Shown: positions 36,745-48,678 of the stretch, one piece after another
Layout: the number at the start of each line of letters is the position of its first letter
Numbering within the stretch: the first letter of the stretch is position 1
NCBI RefSeq assembly: GCF_004010195.1
Contig: NC_057718.1
Location: forward strand, 12,836,474-12,888,590
Reading direction: 5' to 3'
DNA from: Chiloscyllium plagiosum
Taxonomy: Eukaryota
DNA: 52,117 bases
The notes under the pieces: generated by a model
What the model was told of the DNA's origin: nothing
The model's input: only the letters and a program-made list of their open reading frames with translations
Database searches by the model: none
Program-made: the position numbers and the translations under genes

Positions 36745-37100
36745 CCATCAACATTCCCTCCCATCCTCCACCAACACACTGTACCAGCAGTGGTTAGCAT
36801 CTACAGGATGTGCTCTAACAACTTAACAAACCTCCTGAGGAAACATCTTCCATGACCACTGTCGACGAACAGTAGGAACATCCTCCCACCTGCTCCAAGC
36901 TACACACCATCCTGGTTTGGAAATATGTTTGGAAATATGTTCCTTCTTTGTGGCTGGGTCAAACTCCTGGAGCTCCCTCCTGAACAGCATCATGGACCAT
37001 TCAAGAAGTTAGCCCACCACCATCTTCTCAAGGGGAACTAGAAATGGGCAACACTGCACAGGTCTAGCCAGTGATGCCCACATCCCATAAAAGAATGAGT
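36745..37100 (+). mobile_element. Old CR1/L2-group LINE 3' end (same family as 13240)
   Basis: Contiguous version of the 13550-13812 plus 15195-15355 sequence. Confidence 0.7.
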
Positions 37101-37168
37101 CAAGAATTTCATTTCTCCAGCTGCTCTCTGACCAGGTTGAACATGATAGTTGCTAATTCTACCATCCT

Positions 37169-37468
37169 TGTTAGATTAGATTTTCCGCAGTGTGGAAACA
37201 GGCCCTTCGGCCCAACAAGTCCACACCGACCCTCCGAAGAGTAACCCACCGAGACCCATTTCCTTCTGACTAATGCACCGAACACTATGGGCAATTTAGC
37301 ATGGCCAATTCACCTGACCTGCACATCTTTGGACTGTGGGAGGAAACCCACACAGACACAGGGAGAACTTGCAAACTCCACACAGACAGTCACCTGAGGC
37401 TGGGTACGAACCTGGGATCCTGGTGCTGTGAGGCAGCAGTGCTAACCACTGAGCCACCATGCTGCCCA
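37169..37468 (-). mobile_element. HE1-type V-SINE
   Basis: Full head, V-domain and (TTAGA)n tail. Confidence 0.93.
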
Positions 37469-38230
37469 TACTGTTAATAGCATTACAATCAGAAGGAAAG
37501 ACCCTGACTTCTCATCATCCTGCTCATTTCCTGGGGTTAATTGTGCTGTCTCAGCTGGTATTGGGATTAGGATTTCAGGGTGTGGGTGGAAAAGGGGCTG
37601 AGTGAGTGGAGAGCAGAACATGATTGTGTAAGGTGAACAGAAGCTGGGCCAATATTATCGGGAGGCGGGATGTGAGTGGAGGAGGTGTTTGGAGAATGTT
37701 CACAAGTATTGTGACTCTTTCTCTTGACCTGCCTCATCTTCAGTAAGTTTTGTATCTTTGCGGTGGCAATTATAACAATTTCCCCTCGTGAAACCAGTCA
37801 CTGAAAGCAGAGTTAACAATATTTCAGCTCATCCTTCCAGTAAAAGAAGAAGCCTGAATTCCACTTTTTTGAAAACTTGCCCTAATCAGTGACAGTCAGC
37901 TAACTTTGCAACAGCTGCCCCCAGTGAAGGGGAGGTGGCAAAGGCAATGACTTGTTTTAAATGTAGCATTACAGAGTGGGGCTCAGGTGTCACGTTGACA
38001 CCACTGAAGCAGAGTGACACGCTGTTTGAAGTTTTACAGTGGCCCAAATGGGTGAATAAAGTGCTGTTCAGGTGTCACAGAGTCATACAGTTGTTGCAAC
38101 ATTTGCATTGACCACATGAGGTTTCTGTTTGTTCAGCAGGGCGAAGGTGAGGAGCTTTTCTTAATGAGAGGGGAAGGAATATCCAGCAGCTTTCTCACGA
38201 AACGTAAATACTGTGCGAGCAGCCGTACAA

Positions 38231-38705
38231 TCATACAGCACAGAAACAGACCCTTCGGCCCAACTCATTCATCCTTACCAGGTTTCCCAAACTGAGGTAG
38301 TCCCGTTTGTCTGCTTTTGGTGCATATCCCTGTAAACCTTTCCTATCCAAGTACCCATTCAAATATCTCTTAAATGTATTAATTGTACCAGCCTCCACCA
38401 CTTCCTCTGGCAGCTCATTCCATATATTCACCACCCTCTGCATGAAAACCTTGCCCTTAGGTCCCTTTTAAATCTTTCCCCTCTCACCTTAAACCTATGC
38501 CCTCTAGTTATGGATTCCCCCACCCTGGGGAAAAGACCTTGGCTATTCACCCTATCCATGCCCCTCATGATTTTATAAACTTTTATAAGGTCATCCCTTT
38601 GACACTTAAGGGAAAGAAGTCCCTGCCTATCCAGCATCTCCTTTTAACGCAAATCCTCCAGACTCAGGAACATTCTTGTAAATCTTTCTTGCACCCTTTC
38701 CAGTT
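38231..38705 (-). mobile_element. CR1/HER1 3' fragment
   Basis: GESITRGHRFKVRGERFKRDLR; VVNIWNELPEEVVEA. Confidence 0.93.
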
Positions 38706-38955
38706 TAAGAACATTCAATTTAATAACGGCTTAAATAACATTTAAGAGTTGTTTGAACTCCCATCCGGCCCTGATCTCTGCTGTATACAGTTCCCTGTTT
38801 CACAACTAGAATGAGGTAGGGTCCTCTCTCCAATCGGAGGAACCTCTTCCATTGACTTGTAGACTTCATACACTTCATCACACAGCTTCCTAAACATCCT
38901 CTTGGTTTACACATGAACTCTGGCCATTACGGATGAGGTAACAGTTAATGCTCAA

Positions 38956-39048
38956 TAGAGCTGAAAATGTGTTGCTGGAAAAGCGCAGCAGGTCAGGCAG
39001 CATCCAAGGAGCAGGAGAATCGACGTTTCGGGCATAAGCCCTTCTTCA
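38956..39048 (-). mobile_element. Solo PLE pLTR arm (family A) ending at the hammerhead core
   Basis: Minus strand TGAAGA-A-GGGC-TTAT-GCCC-GAAA-CGTC...; nearly identical to 14140-14230. Confidence 0.85.
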
Positions 39049-39304
39049 TAGTGCAATTACACAGCAAGAGTTAACGCCAGTAGGGGCAAGTAGGAGGAAG
39101 GAGAGCAGTGGTGTGGCAATAATGTCACAGGACTAGTAATCAGACTGTCAGGATCCATGCCAAATCTCACTTCAGCAGTTGGTGGAATTTAAATTCACTT
39201 CATAAAATATAAGGTGGAATCTAACTAGGGCCCGGCCAATGCAGACAGTGATGAGAAATCTGGGACAATTAGATGGGAAGTCGAGTGGAACCTTTCTCAA
39301 ATGA

Positions 39305-40135
39305 AATAGAACAAAGAACTGTGGATTCTGCAGATCTGAAACCAAAACAGAAATTGCTGGAGAAACTCAGCAAGTCTGGCAGCATCTGTGGAGAGAAAAC
39401 AGAGTTAACGTTTTGAATCTGGTGACTCTCCATTAGAACTGCAAGCAGTGAGGGAAAAGTGGTATTTATGCTGAAGACGGCGTTGGTGGAGAAGAGAGCT
39501 GTGTCGGTGGGTGGAGATGGAACCCAGAGAGAGATATGGAAGGGGTAGAGCCATAGAGTCATAGAGATGTACAGCATGGAATCAGACCCTTCGGTCCAAC
39601 TCGTCCATGCTGACCAGATATCCCAACCCAATCTAGTCCCACCTGCCAGCACCCGGCCCATATCCCTCCAAACCCTTCCTATTCATATACCTATCCAAAT
39701 GTCTCTTAAATGTTGCAATTGTACCAGCCTCACCACTTCCTCTGGCAGGGTAGGTAGACAAGGAGATCGTGGATGACTGTGCTAAAAGCAACTCATGTCA
39801 TGACAGGACCAGGATGTGGGGATGGGTAAAAAAAAATGGAAGAATGGAATCAGGTTCTAAAGTTATTGAACTTGATGTTGAGTTCTTGAGACTGCAGTGT
39901 CCCCAAGCAGCAAATGAGATGTTCTTTGAGCTTACACTGAGGCTGCCACAGTAATTCTGACGTGGGAACACAGTGGGGTGTTGAAGTGGCAGGCAACTGG
40001 GAGCTCAGGGTCATTTTTGCGGATAGAGCGCAGGTGTTTTGCAAAGCAGTCCCCCTGCCTGTGTTTCATCTCCCCAGTGTAGAGGAGACCACAGTGTAAC
40101 AGCCAGTACAGTAAGACTAAACAATTCTCAACATC
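39305..40135 (-). mobile_element. Penelope-like element 3' part (GIY-YIG endonuclease relic plus family B pLTR), interrupted by CR1 at 39549-39747
   Basis: CGLLYTGEMKHRQGDCFAKHLRSI..ELPVACHFN (39932-40153) and CLGTLQSQELNIKFNNF (39850-39930); pLTR and tail at 39305-39440. Confidence 0.85.
39549..39747 (-). mobile_element. CR1/HER1 3'UTR, young
   Basis: CATAGAGTCATAGAGATGTACAGCATGGAA terminus. Confidence 0.9.
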
Positions 40136-41368
40136 AGGAGCAACGTACTGCATTCACTGACAATGAGATAAGATTGTTGCTAGGGAGCTGCAAGTGCGGA
40201 TTTATTCCTTGTTTATTTATTCCTGTTGTCAGCCCTCATCAGCTGCAGATCCCACCATATTAATAAGCAGCTCCCTCTCCTACCCCCCCAGTGTGAGGAA
40301 ACTCGACACTGAGGATCCCTGACATGTTAGTCAGAGCAGATACCTGGCGAATCCAGCCTGCCATTTCTATCTTGGACACCGGGCACCAGGGTCTCAGGAC
40401 AGCCTCCGGGCAGTGGCCATAAACACCCCATGTCCACAAACCTTGGCATCAGTGCCAGTCTCTCCATCTCATGGTGGCACACCTTGCACAGGGAGAAGTG
40501 TCCAGCTTGCAGGTTGGACCAGGCTGTATCTCAGGGCTGTTTGTTGCTCTCTTACTGTTCACTCACCTTGAGCCTCCACTGGATGCTCACAATACCACTG
40601 CCTTTGCCTATTTGCGGTTTGCCCCGTTAGCCAGTGATACCAGACTCATACTCCTTTTGTCTTGTCGTGCTGTTTGGAAGCTTATGACAGCTATTAGATG
40701 TCATCAATGAAGTCAATGAGAGCTAGGCTTTATTCAGGGGTACTGGCAGAGTAAGATGAGGGCAGCTTCTCGTGACAGTCCAGGGACGTGGTAATGGTCA
40801 GTCAGCCATTCAGGCAATCACCCTTCATGAGTGGGGAGGAGCTGAATGTCGGGCAGCCCACTACCCAACTTGAGTCTTCCTGCCGTATTGTGGGCTGTTT
40901 TCTCTCCCTGGAGTGGATGAAAGGGAGGGATTAAGCGGTATTAAGAGGGTTCTACAGCTAGTGCTGGTGAAGGTGGGGAAAAGGCACTGAGTGAACAAAT
41001 AGACAGTTCAGAAACTGTGCAGGGTTAGCAGTGAGGATGTTTGGGGTGGAGGAGTCCAATAGTGAGAATGCTAGACCATGCGCCTTGGTGAGAGAGTGAC
41101 AGTGTAGCAAAGATAGAGTGTGGGGTAGCAGAGCAAAGGAAGTGGCATTTAACCCTGGCAGAGTGGAGAAGCTCATATAATGCCCACATCCCAGGAATGT
41201 ATTGTAAAAAAAAATTTTCAATTAGTTTCTGCAGTTGTTCATGAGTTTGTTACTTTTTCTCATTTCACCCAGTGCTGCCCATCTCCCAGACATGGTCAGG
41301 GTGATATTGTTAAGAAGGAAAGTTCTTGCATTGATATATCACCTTTTTCAAGGAATGCCAAATCTCAG

Positions 41369-44316
41369 GGAGATTTGCTAAAGCTGTTCGGGAGGATTTA
41401 AACTAGTAAGAGAGGGGTAGGACCCAGGGAGATAGTGAGGAAAGAGATCAATCTGAGACTGGTACAGTTGAGAAAAGAAGCAAGTCAAACAGGAACAAAG
41501 CAGAGAACAAGGTAGGACTGGTAAATTAAACTGCATTTATTTCAATGCAAGAGGCTTAACAGGGAAGGCAGATGAACTCAGGGCATGGTTAGGAACATGG
41601 GACTGGGATATCATAGCAATTACAGAAACATGGCTCAGGGATGGGCAGGGCTGGCAGCTTAATGTTCCAGGATACAAGTGCTACAGGAAGGATAGAAAGG
41701 GAGGCAAGAGAGGAGGGGGAGTGCCATTTTTGATCAGGGATAGCATTCCATCTATACCGAGGTGGGATATTCCTGGAAATACATCCAGGGAAGTTATTTG
41801 GGTGGAACTGAGAAATAAGAAAGGGATGATCACCTTATTGGGATTGNNNNNNNNNNNNNNNNNNATAATTCTATTCATTTTAAAATAGTGATGGAAAAGG
41901 ATAGACCAGATCTAAAAGTTGAAGTTCTAAATTGGAGAAAGGCCAATTTTGATGGTATTTGGCAAGAACTTTCGAAAGCTGTTTGAAGGCAGATGTTCAC
42001 AGGGAAAGGGACAGCTAGAAAATGGGAAGTCTTCAGAAATGAGATAACAAGAATCCAGAGAAAGTATATTCCTGTTAGGGTGAAAGGAAAGGGTGGTAGG
42101 TATAGGGAATTCTGGATGACCAGACAAATTGATGTGTTGTTTAAGAAAAGGAAGGAAGCATATGTCAGGTATAGATAGGATAGATCAAGTGAATCCTTAG
42201 AAGACCATAAAGGCAGTAGGAGGGAAATCAGGAGGGCAAAAAGGGGACATGAAATAACTTTGGCAGATAGGGTTAAGGAGAATCCAAAGGGTTTTTACAA
42301 ATATATTAAGGACAAAAGGGTAACTAGGGAGAGAATAGGGCCCCTCAAAGATCAGCAAGGCAGCCTTTGCATGGAGCTGCAGGAAAGGATATGGAAGATA
42401 TAGAATGTGGGGAAATAGATGGTGACATCTTGAAAAATGTCCATATTACAGAGGAGGAAATGCTGGATGTCTTGAAATGCATAAAGGTGGATAAATCCCC
42501 AGGACCTGATCAGGTGTACCCGAGAACTCTGTGGGAAGCTAGGGAAGTGATTGCTGGGCCCCTTGCTGAGATATTTGTATCATCGATAGTCACAGGTGAG
42601 GTGCCAGAAGACTGGAGGTTGGCTAATGTGGTCTCATTATTTAAGAAATGTGGTAAGGACAAGCCAGGGAAGTATAGACTGGTGAGCCTGATGTAAGTGG
42701 TGGGCAAGTTGTAGGAGGGAATCCTGAGGGACAGGGTGTACATGTATTTGGAAAGGCAAGGACTGATTAGGAGTAGTCAACATGGCTTTGTGCATGGGAA
42801 ATCATGTCTCACAAACTCGTTTGAGTTCTTTGAAAAAGTAACTAAGAGGATTGATATGGGCAGAGTGGTGGATGTAATCTATGTGGACTTCAGTAAAGCA
42901 TTCGATAAGGTTCTCCATGGGAGACTGGTTAGCAAGATTAGATCTCAATTATATTAGATTAGATTGATTAGATTAGATTAGATTGCTTACAGTGTGGAAA
43001 CAGGCCCTTAGGCCCAACAAGTCCACACTGCCCCGCCGAAGCGCAACCCACCCATACCCCTACATTTACCCCTTACCTAACAATTTAGCATGGACAATTC
43101 ACCTGACCTGCACATCTTTGGACTGTGGGAGGAAACCGGAGCACCCGGAGGAAACCCACGCAGACACGGGGAGAACGTGCAAACTCCACACAGTCAGTCG
43201 CCTGAGTCGGGAATTGAACCCGGGTCTCTGGCGGTGTGAGGCAGCAGTGCTAACCACTGTGCCACCGTGCCGCCCACAGAACATCAGAATACAGGGAGAA
43301 CTAGCCATTTAGATACTGAACTGGCTCAGGTGGAGGGTTATTTTTCAGACTGGAGGCCTGTGATCAGTGGTGTGCCACAAGGATCGGTTCTGGGTCCACT
43401 ACTTTTCATCATTTATATAAACTATTTGGATATGAACATAGGAGGTATAGTTAGTAAGTTTGCAGATGACACCAAAATTGGGGGGTTAGTGGACAGCGAA
43501 GAAGGTTACCCCAGATTACAACAGGATCTTGATCAAATGGGCCAAAGGGCTGAGGAGTGTCAGATGGAGTTTAATTTAGATAAATGTGAGGTGCTGCATT
43601 TTGGGAAAGCAAATCTTAGCAGGACTTATACACTTAATGGTAAGGTCCTAGGGAGTGTTGCTGAACAAAGAGACCTTGAAAGTAGAATCGCAGGTAGATA
43701 GGATAGTGAAGAAGGCATTTGGTATGCTTTCCTTTATTGGTCAGAGTATTGAGTACAGGAGTTGGGAGGTCATGTTGCAGCTGTACAGGACATTGGTTAG
43801 GCCACTGTTGGAATATTGCATGCAATTGTGGTCTCCTTCCTATCTGAAAGATGTTGTGAACCTTGAAAGGATTCAGAAAAGATTTACAAGGATGTTTCCA
43901 GGGTTGGAGGATTTGAGTTACAGGGAAACATTGAATAGGCTGGGGCTGTTTTCAAAGGCTGAGAAGTGACCTCATACAGGCTTAGAAAACTATGAGGGGC
44001 ATGGGTAGGATAAATAGACAAGGTATTTTCCCTGAGGTGTGTGTGTCCAGAACTAGAGGGCATAGGGTTAGGGTGAGAGGGGAAAGATATAAAAAGGACC
44101 TAAGGGGCAACATTTTCACGTAGAGTGTGGTACGTATATGGAATGAGCTGCCAGATGAAGTGGTGAAGGCGGGTACAATTGCAACATTTAAAAGGCACCT
44201 GGATGGATATATGAATAGGAAGGGTTTAGAGGGAAATGGGCCAAGTGCTGGCAAATGGGACTGGATTAGGTTGGGATATATGGTCGGCATGGACTAGTTG
44301 GACCGAAGGGTCTGTT
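41369..44316 (+). mobile_element. CR1/HER1 LINE: ORF1 end plus nearly complete, disrupted ORF2
   Basis: GRFAKAVREDLN*; KLNCIYFNARGLTGKADEL; KSPGPD; SQHGF; DFSKAFDKV; GVPQGSVLGPLLF; FADDTK; stops and deletions; N gap 41847-41864. Confidence 0.96.
42953..43275 (-). mobile_element. HE1-type V-SINE, young, inserted in the CR1 RT
   Basis: Long (TTAGA)n tail, CpG-intact body. Confidence 0.95.
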
Positions 44317-45410
44317 GGAAGTTGGCTGAGAAAGTGAAATGATTCTTTGCTCACCTTGGGATCACGACATGGGGTTGTTCCCATTTGCCTGAACGAGTCC
44401 TACAGGAATCTCTGGAATTTCAATCCAATGGATCAGGTGCAAAACAAAAGCACAAGCTGGAAAGAGCAACAACCTGGGACACTTATAAAGCACTTCCAAC
44501 ATTACAAAATGTCCCGAGGTGCTTCAGAGAATCATTAAAAACCAAAGTACAATATAGATTCACATCAGGGAATATTAGAGTGAGGAGACCAAAAGCCTGG
44601 TCAAAGAGGTCGCTTTCTAAGAAGTGCCTTAAAGGAGGAAAGTGAAGTGGAGAGGTTTAGGGAGGGAATTCCAGAGCTCGGGGCCTAGACTCCGGGATGG
44701 TGTGTTGCCTCCCTGGTGCCACAGTCAAGGATGTTTCTGAGCGGGCATGGGATATTCTCAAAAAGGAGAGAGAACAGCCAGAAGTCTTGGTACACATTAG
44801 TACAAATGACATAGGTTGGAAGAGTGACCAGGTCCTGCAAAGGGAGTTCAGGGAGTTGGGTAGGAAGTCGAAAAGCAGGACCTCTAAGGTTGTAATCTTG
44901 AGATTACTCCCTCTGCCACGTGTCAGTGAGATTAGGAATAGGAAGATGGTGTGGCTAAAGACAGAGGGCATCGGGTGTATGGATCATAGGGATGCCTTCC
45001 AGGACAGGTGGGACCTGTACAAGAAGGACAGATTACATTTAACCTGGATGGGCACCAATATCCTGGCATGGAGGTCTGCTAGTGCCACTCAGGAGGGTTT
45101 AAACGAGTGTAGCAGGGAGGGGGGTAACCAGAGCAGTAAGTCAGCAAGTGAAATGACCGAGGAGGACTCAGAGACTAAGGCCAGTGAGACTAAGAGGAAG
45201 AACAGGTGGTGGACGTTACCACACATAGTGGGACTGGCAATCTGAGGTGTGTTTCATTTAATGTGAGGAGTATGACCCAGTAAAGTAGATGAACTTAGGG
45301 CTTGCATTAATCAGTATAACTATGATGTTGTAGCTAGTACAGAAACCTGATTGAGAGAGGGACAAGACTAGCAGCTTAACGTTCTGGGATTTAGATGTTA
45401 CAGGTGAGAT

Positions 45411-45640
45411 TCATTGATTTTATTGATGTATTTATTTAAACTTTATTGTTATGTGTGCCAAGTACAAGAGTACAGGAGTACAGTGAAGTTTTCATTGTCG
45501 CCGTACATGGAACCTTTTTAGGTACAAGCACCTAGAATCGGAATCTTAACAACTAAGTTAAAAGTTCAACATTACAATCACTTTTGGTAAAGCATAAATA
45601 ATAAGAAGTAAAATTATAAGTTAAAATAGAGAATAAAAGT
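45411..45640 (-). mobile_element. Short AT-rich insertion with Rex/Babar-like 3' tail
   Basis: Minus strand CTTCACTGTACTC...ATAACAATAAAG; interrupts the CR1 EN. Confidence 0.55.
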
Positions 45641-46011
45641 AAGAGAGAGATGTAAAAGAGGTGGGAGAGGTGTGTTACCGAGGGAGGACACCTGGACGTC
45701 TAGTGACACCATATGGGTCGAGCTGAGGAATAGAAAGGATGCGATCATTTTGTTGGGATGGTACTGCAGGTCTCCAGCAGGATATCAAGGAAAAGATATG
45801 TCAACGGATTATGGAAAAATTGAAAAATATAAGAATAGAATAGAAATTTATTGTCACGCACTTTTACATGAAAATTACAGTGAAAAGTCACCCCACGACA
45901 GCACCTACATCAATGAAAGATGTCATACATATTAATAAAAAGAAGTAAAATTAAGACAAAGTTCATCACATTTCCGTTAATGACTCCTGTGCTTAGGGAA
46001 AGCTGATTAAG

Positions 46012-46326
46012 AATAGAATCCATACAGCCCAAAAGGTCCACACTGACTCTCCGAAGAGCAATCCACCCAGACACGTTCCCCCTATTACTCAACATGTCCC
46101 CTGACTAATGCACCTAACCTACATATCCTGAACACTGTGGGCAATTTAGCATGGTGAATTCACCCTGACCTGCACATCTTTGGATTGCGGGAAGAAACCA
46201 GAGCACCTGGAGGGAACCCATGCAGATACGGGGAGAAAGTGCAAACTCCGCACAGACAGTTGCCCAAGAGTGGAATCCCTGGCAATGTGAGGCAGCAGTG
46301 CTAACCACTGAATCACCGTGCCGCCC
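46012..46326 (-). mobile_element. HE1-type V-SINE
   Basis: Head and V-domain; flanking TTAAG direct repeat at 46007-46011 and 46327-46331. Confidence 0.9.
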
Positions 46327-46514
46327 TTAAGGACCGATGGAATAACCTGAAGATGCAGCCGTGATGAGAAAAACCACACTGGGCCCCTGGATACTAGGCC
46401 GGAAGCCTCTGCTGAAGAAGACCACCATGTCAGGCCTGGCTGACTGGCGCTCCTGAATGAGACAGTCTGTGGAGCCGCTGAATATCTGGACACCAAAGAG
46501 AAAGAAAACCTCCA

Positions 46515-47460
46515 CACAGGGACAAGACTGGCATACCGGGAGACTGGCATACTGGGGGACTAGCACACCGGGAGACTGCCACACCGCGAGACTGCACACC
46601 GGGAGACCGGTGCACCGAGAGACCAGTAAACCAGGAGACTCGCATACTGGGGGACTAGCACACCGGGAGTCAGGCACACCGGGAGACTGCCACACTGAGA
46701 GTACAGCACACCGGGAGATTGCCACACCAGGAGACCAGCACACCAGGAGACTGGCACACTGGGAGACCAGGAAACTGGGAGACTGCCATACCGGGAGACT
46801 GATGTACCGGGAGACCGCCACACCAGAGACCAGCACACTGGGAGACCGGCACACCGGTGGACTGGCATACCGGTAGACCGTTACACCAGGAGACCAGCAC
46901 ACCGGAAGAATGGCACACTGGGAGACTGGCATACCGGGAGACCAACACACCAAGAGACCAGTAAACCAGGACACTGGCTTACCAGGAGACTAGCATACCA
47001 GAATACTGGGAAACCGGCACATCGAGAGTCCACCACACGGTCAGACTGCTACACGGGGAGTCCTCTACACCGGGACACTGGCTTACCAGGAGACTAGCAT
47101 ACCAGAATACTGGGAAACCGGCACATCGAGAGACCACCACACAGTCAGACTGCTACACGGGGAGTCCTCTACTCTGGGAGAGACACTGGCACTCTGGGAG
47201 ACCAGTATACCGGGAGTCCGCCACACTGGCACACCGGAAGTCTGCCACACTGAGATCCACCACACCGGGAGTCTGCCACATTTGGACACTGTCACACTGG
47301 GAGTTTGCCACACTGTGAGACCACCACACTGGGAGTCCGCCACACTGGGAGACTGGCACACCACAAGTCTACCACACTGTGAGTCCGCCACATCGGGTGC
47401 CTGCCAGACGGGGAGACCGCCACACTGGGAGAATGTCACAGTGGGAGACCACCACACGTG
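46515..47460. repeat. Minisatellite, ~16-18 bp units (ACCGGGAGACTGGCAC / ACCGGGAGACTGCCACAC)
   Basis: Dozens of diverged tandem units visible. Confidence 0.95.
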
Positions 47461-48678
47461 TCAGAGACTGTCTTTACCCTTCCTCAGGCACCCAGGCCTA
47501 GCTGCACACCTGGAGTCTTGATCTAGCCTAGAGGTCCTGCAATGGGAGAGACAGCCCAGGATGTGTTCCTCACTCTCTGGAAGACTCTGGGCTGGGGTGG
47601 AGCTGTGTCTGGCTTATCCTGGCATTGCCACTACTGCAGCTACCAGGGGCCTCTTCTTTCACTTGCCACTTTCCAGGCTTGTTGTTGAAAAGGTATTTAT
47701 GATGGATTTTAACTTCCCTGATAATGGCTGGGACACACTTGGTGGCATTCGCTTGGATGGGGGTGTAATTTGTTTGATGTGCCCAAAGGCGTTTCTTGAA
47801 GCAACATGCAAACAGTCCAACAAGGGAAAGGACTGCACTAGGCTTGGTATGGCAAAATGAGTCCGGCCAAGAGATCAAAGTTTCTGTGGGGGAGCATTTA
47901 GGGAACAGTGACCATAATTCTATATGGTTTAAGTTACTTATGGATAAGGCTGAGAATAGTCTTCAGGTGAAAGTACTAAGTTGGGGGAAGGCTAATGACT
48001 ACAATATTGGGCAGAAACTAGGGAATGAAGACTGGAGATGGATGTTTGAAGATAAATCCACATCTTCATGTGGGAAGTTTTTCAAGGCCAGATAGTTAGA
48101 GTTCAGGGAATGTTCCAGGGAAAGTGAGGGATAAGGATGGCAAGATTCGGGAATCTTGGATGACAAGTGAAGTTGAGAGGTTAAAGGATTCTTGGGAATA
48201 GCAATATTTTGTCTCATCAATGCTGGACTTTTATACCTCTACTTTAACAGCTTCCAGCAAGTAGACGAAGAGGAATATGGTGGAAACTGGGAGTTAACAA
48301 AAGAGAGATTCGTGACATCTTTTGCATTGTTTTGAGAGCTTAGTCAGGTTTAGGAAACTGAAGACTGGCAGAGTCCTCGAAGAATATAAAGAAATCAGGA
48401 AATAATTCAAACAAGGAGTTAGGAGGGTTAAAAGGGGTCATGAAAACAAGATTAAGGAAAATCCCAAGGTGTTTTATGCATATATAAGGAGTAAGCAGAT
48501 AGCGAGGGAAAAGGTAGGTCCACTCAAGGACAAAGAAGGAAATTTATGCATTGAACTACAAAAGTGAGCGAGGGTCCTTAATTAATACTTTGCATCAATA
48601 TTCACAAAGAAGAAGGACATGGTTGATAGTGGGTCTAGATGTTGATATTCTAAGACATAACAAAGGATGTTAAAAAAG

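Larger units (their letters stand above)
45830..47688 (-). mobile_element. Composite non-coding insertion: Rex-like tail plus GC-rich minisatellite core
   Basis: CR1 EN breaks at IMEKLKN (45830) and resumes at DFNFP (47700); minus-strand end TTTTCACTGTA...GTGACAATAAA(TTCTA)n. Confidence 0.6.

Noticed and set aside
40300..40980. Possible second Myb/SANT or Harbinger relic on the minus strand
   Set aside because: Only a PRFVD-like fragment is visible; too weak to support
44697..45245. SGNH esterase ORF as a domesticated gene
   Set aside because: Normal CR1 ORF1 domain, 5'-truncated, with motif damage (GTND>STND, DGLH>DRLH) and an internal deletion
46327..47521. Multiple overlapping repetitive ORFs; CRISPR-like periodicity
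   Set aside because: Stop-poor minisatellite open in many frames; units are contiguous with no unique spacers, there are no cas genes, and the context is eukaryotic
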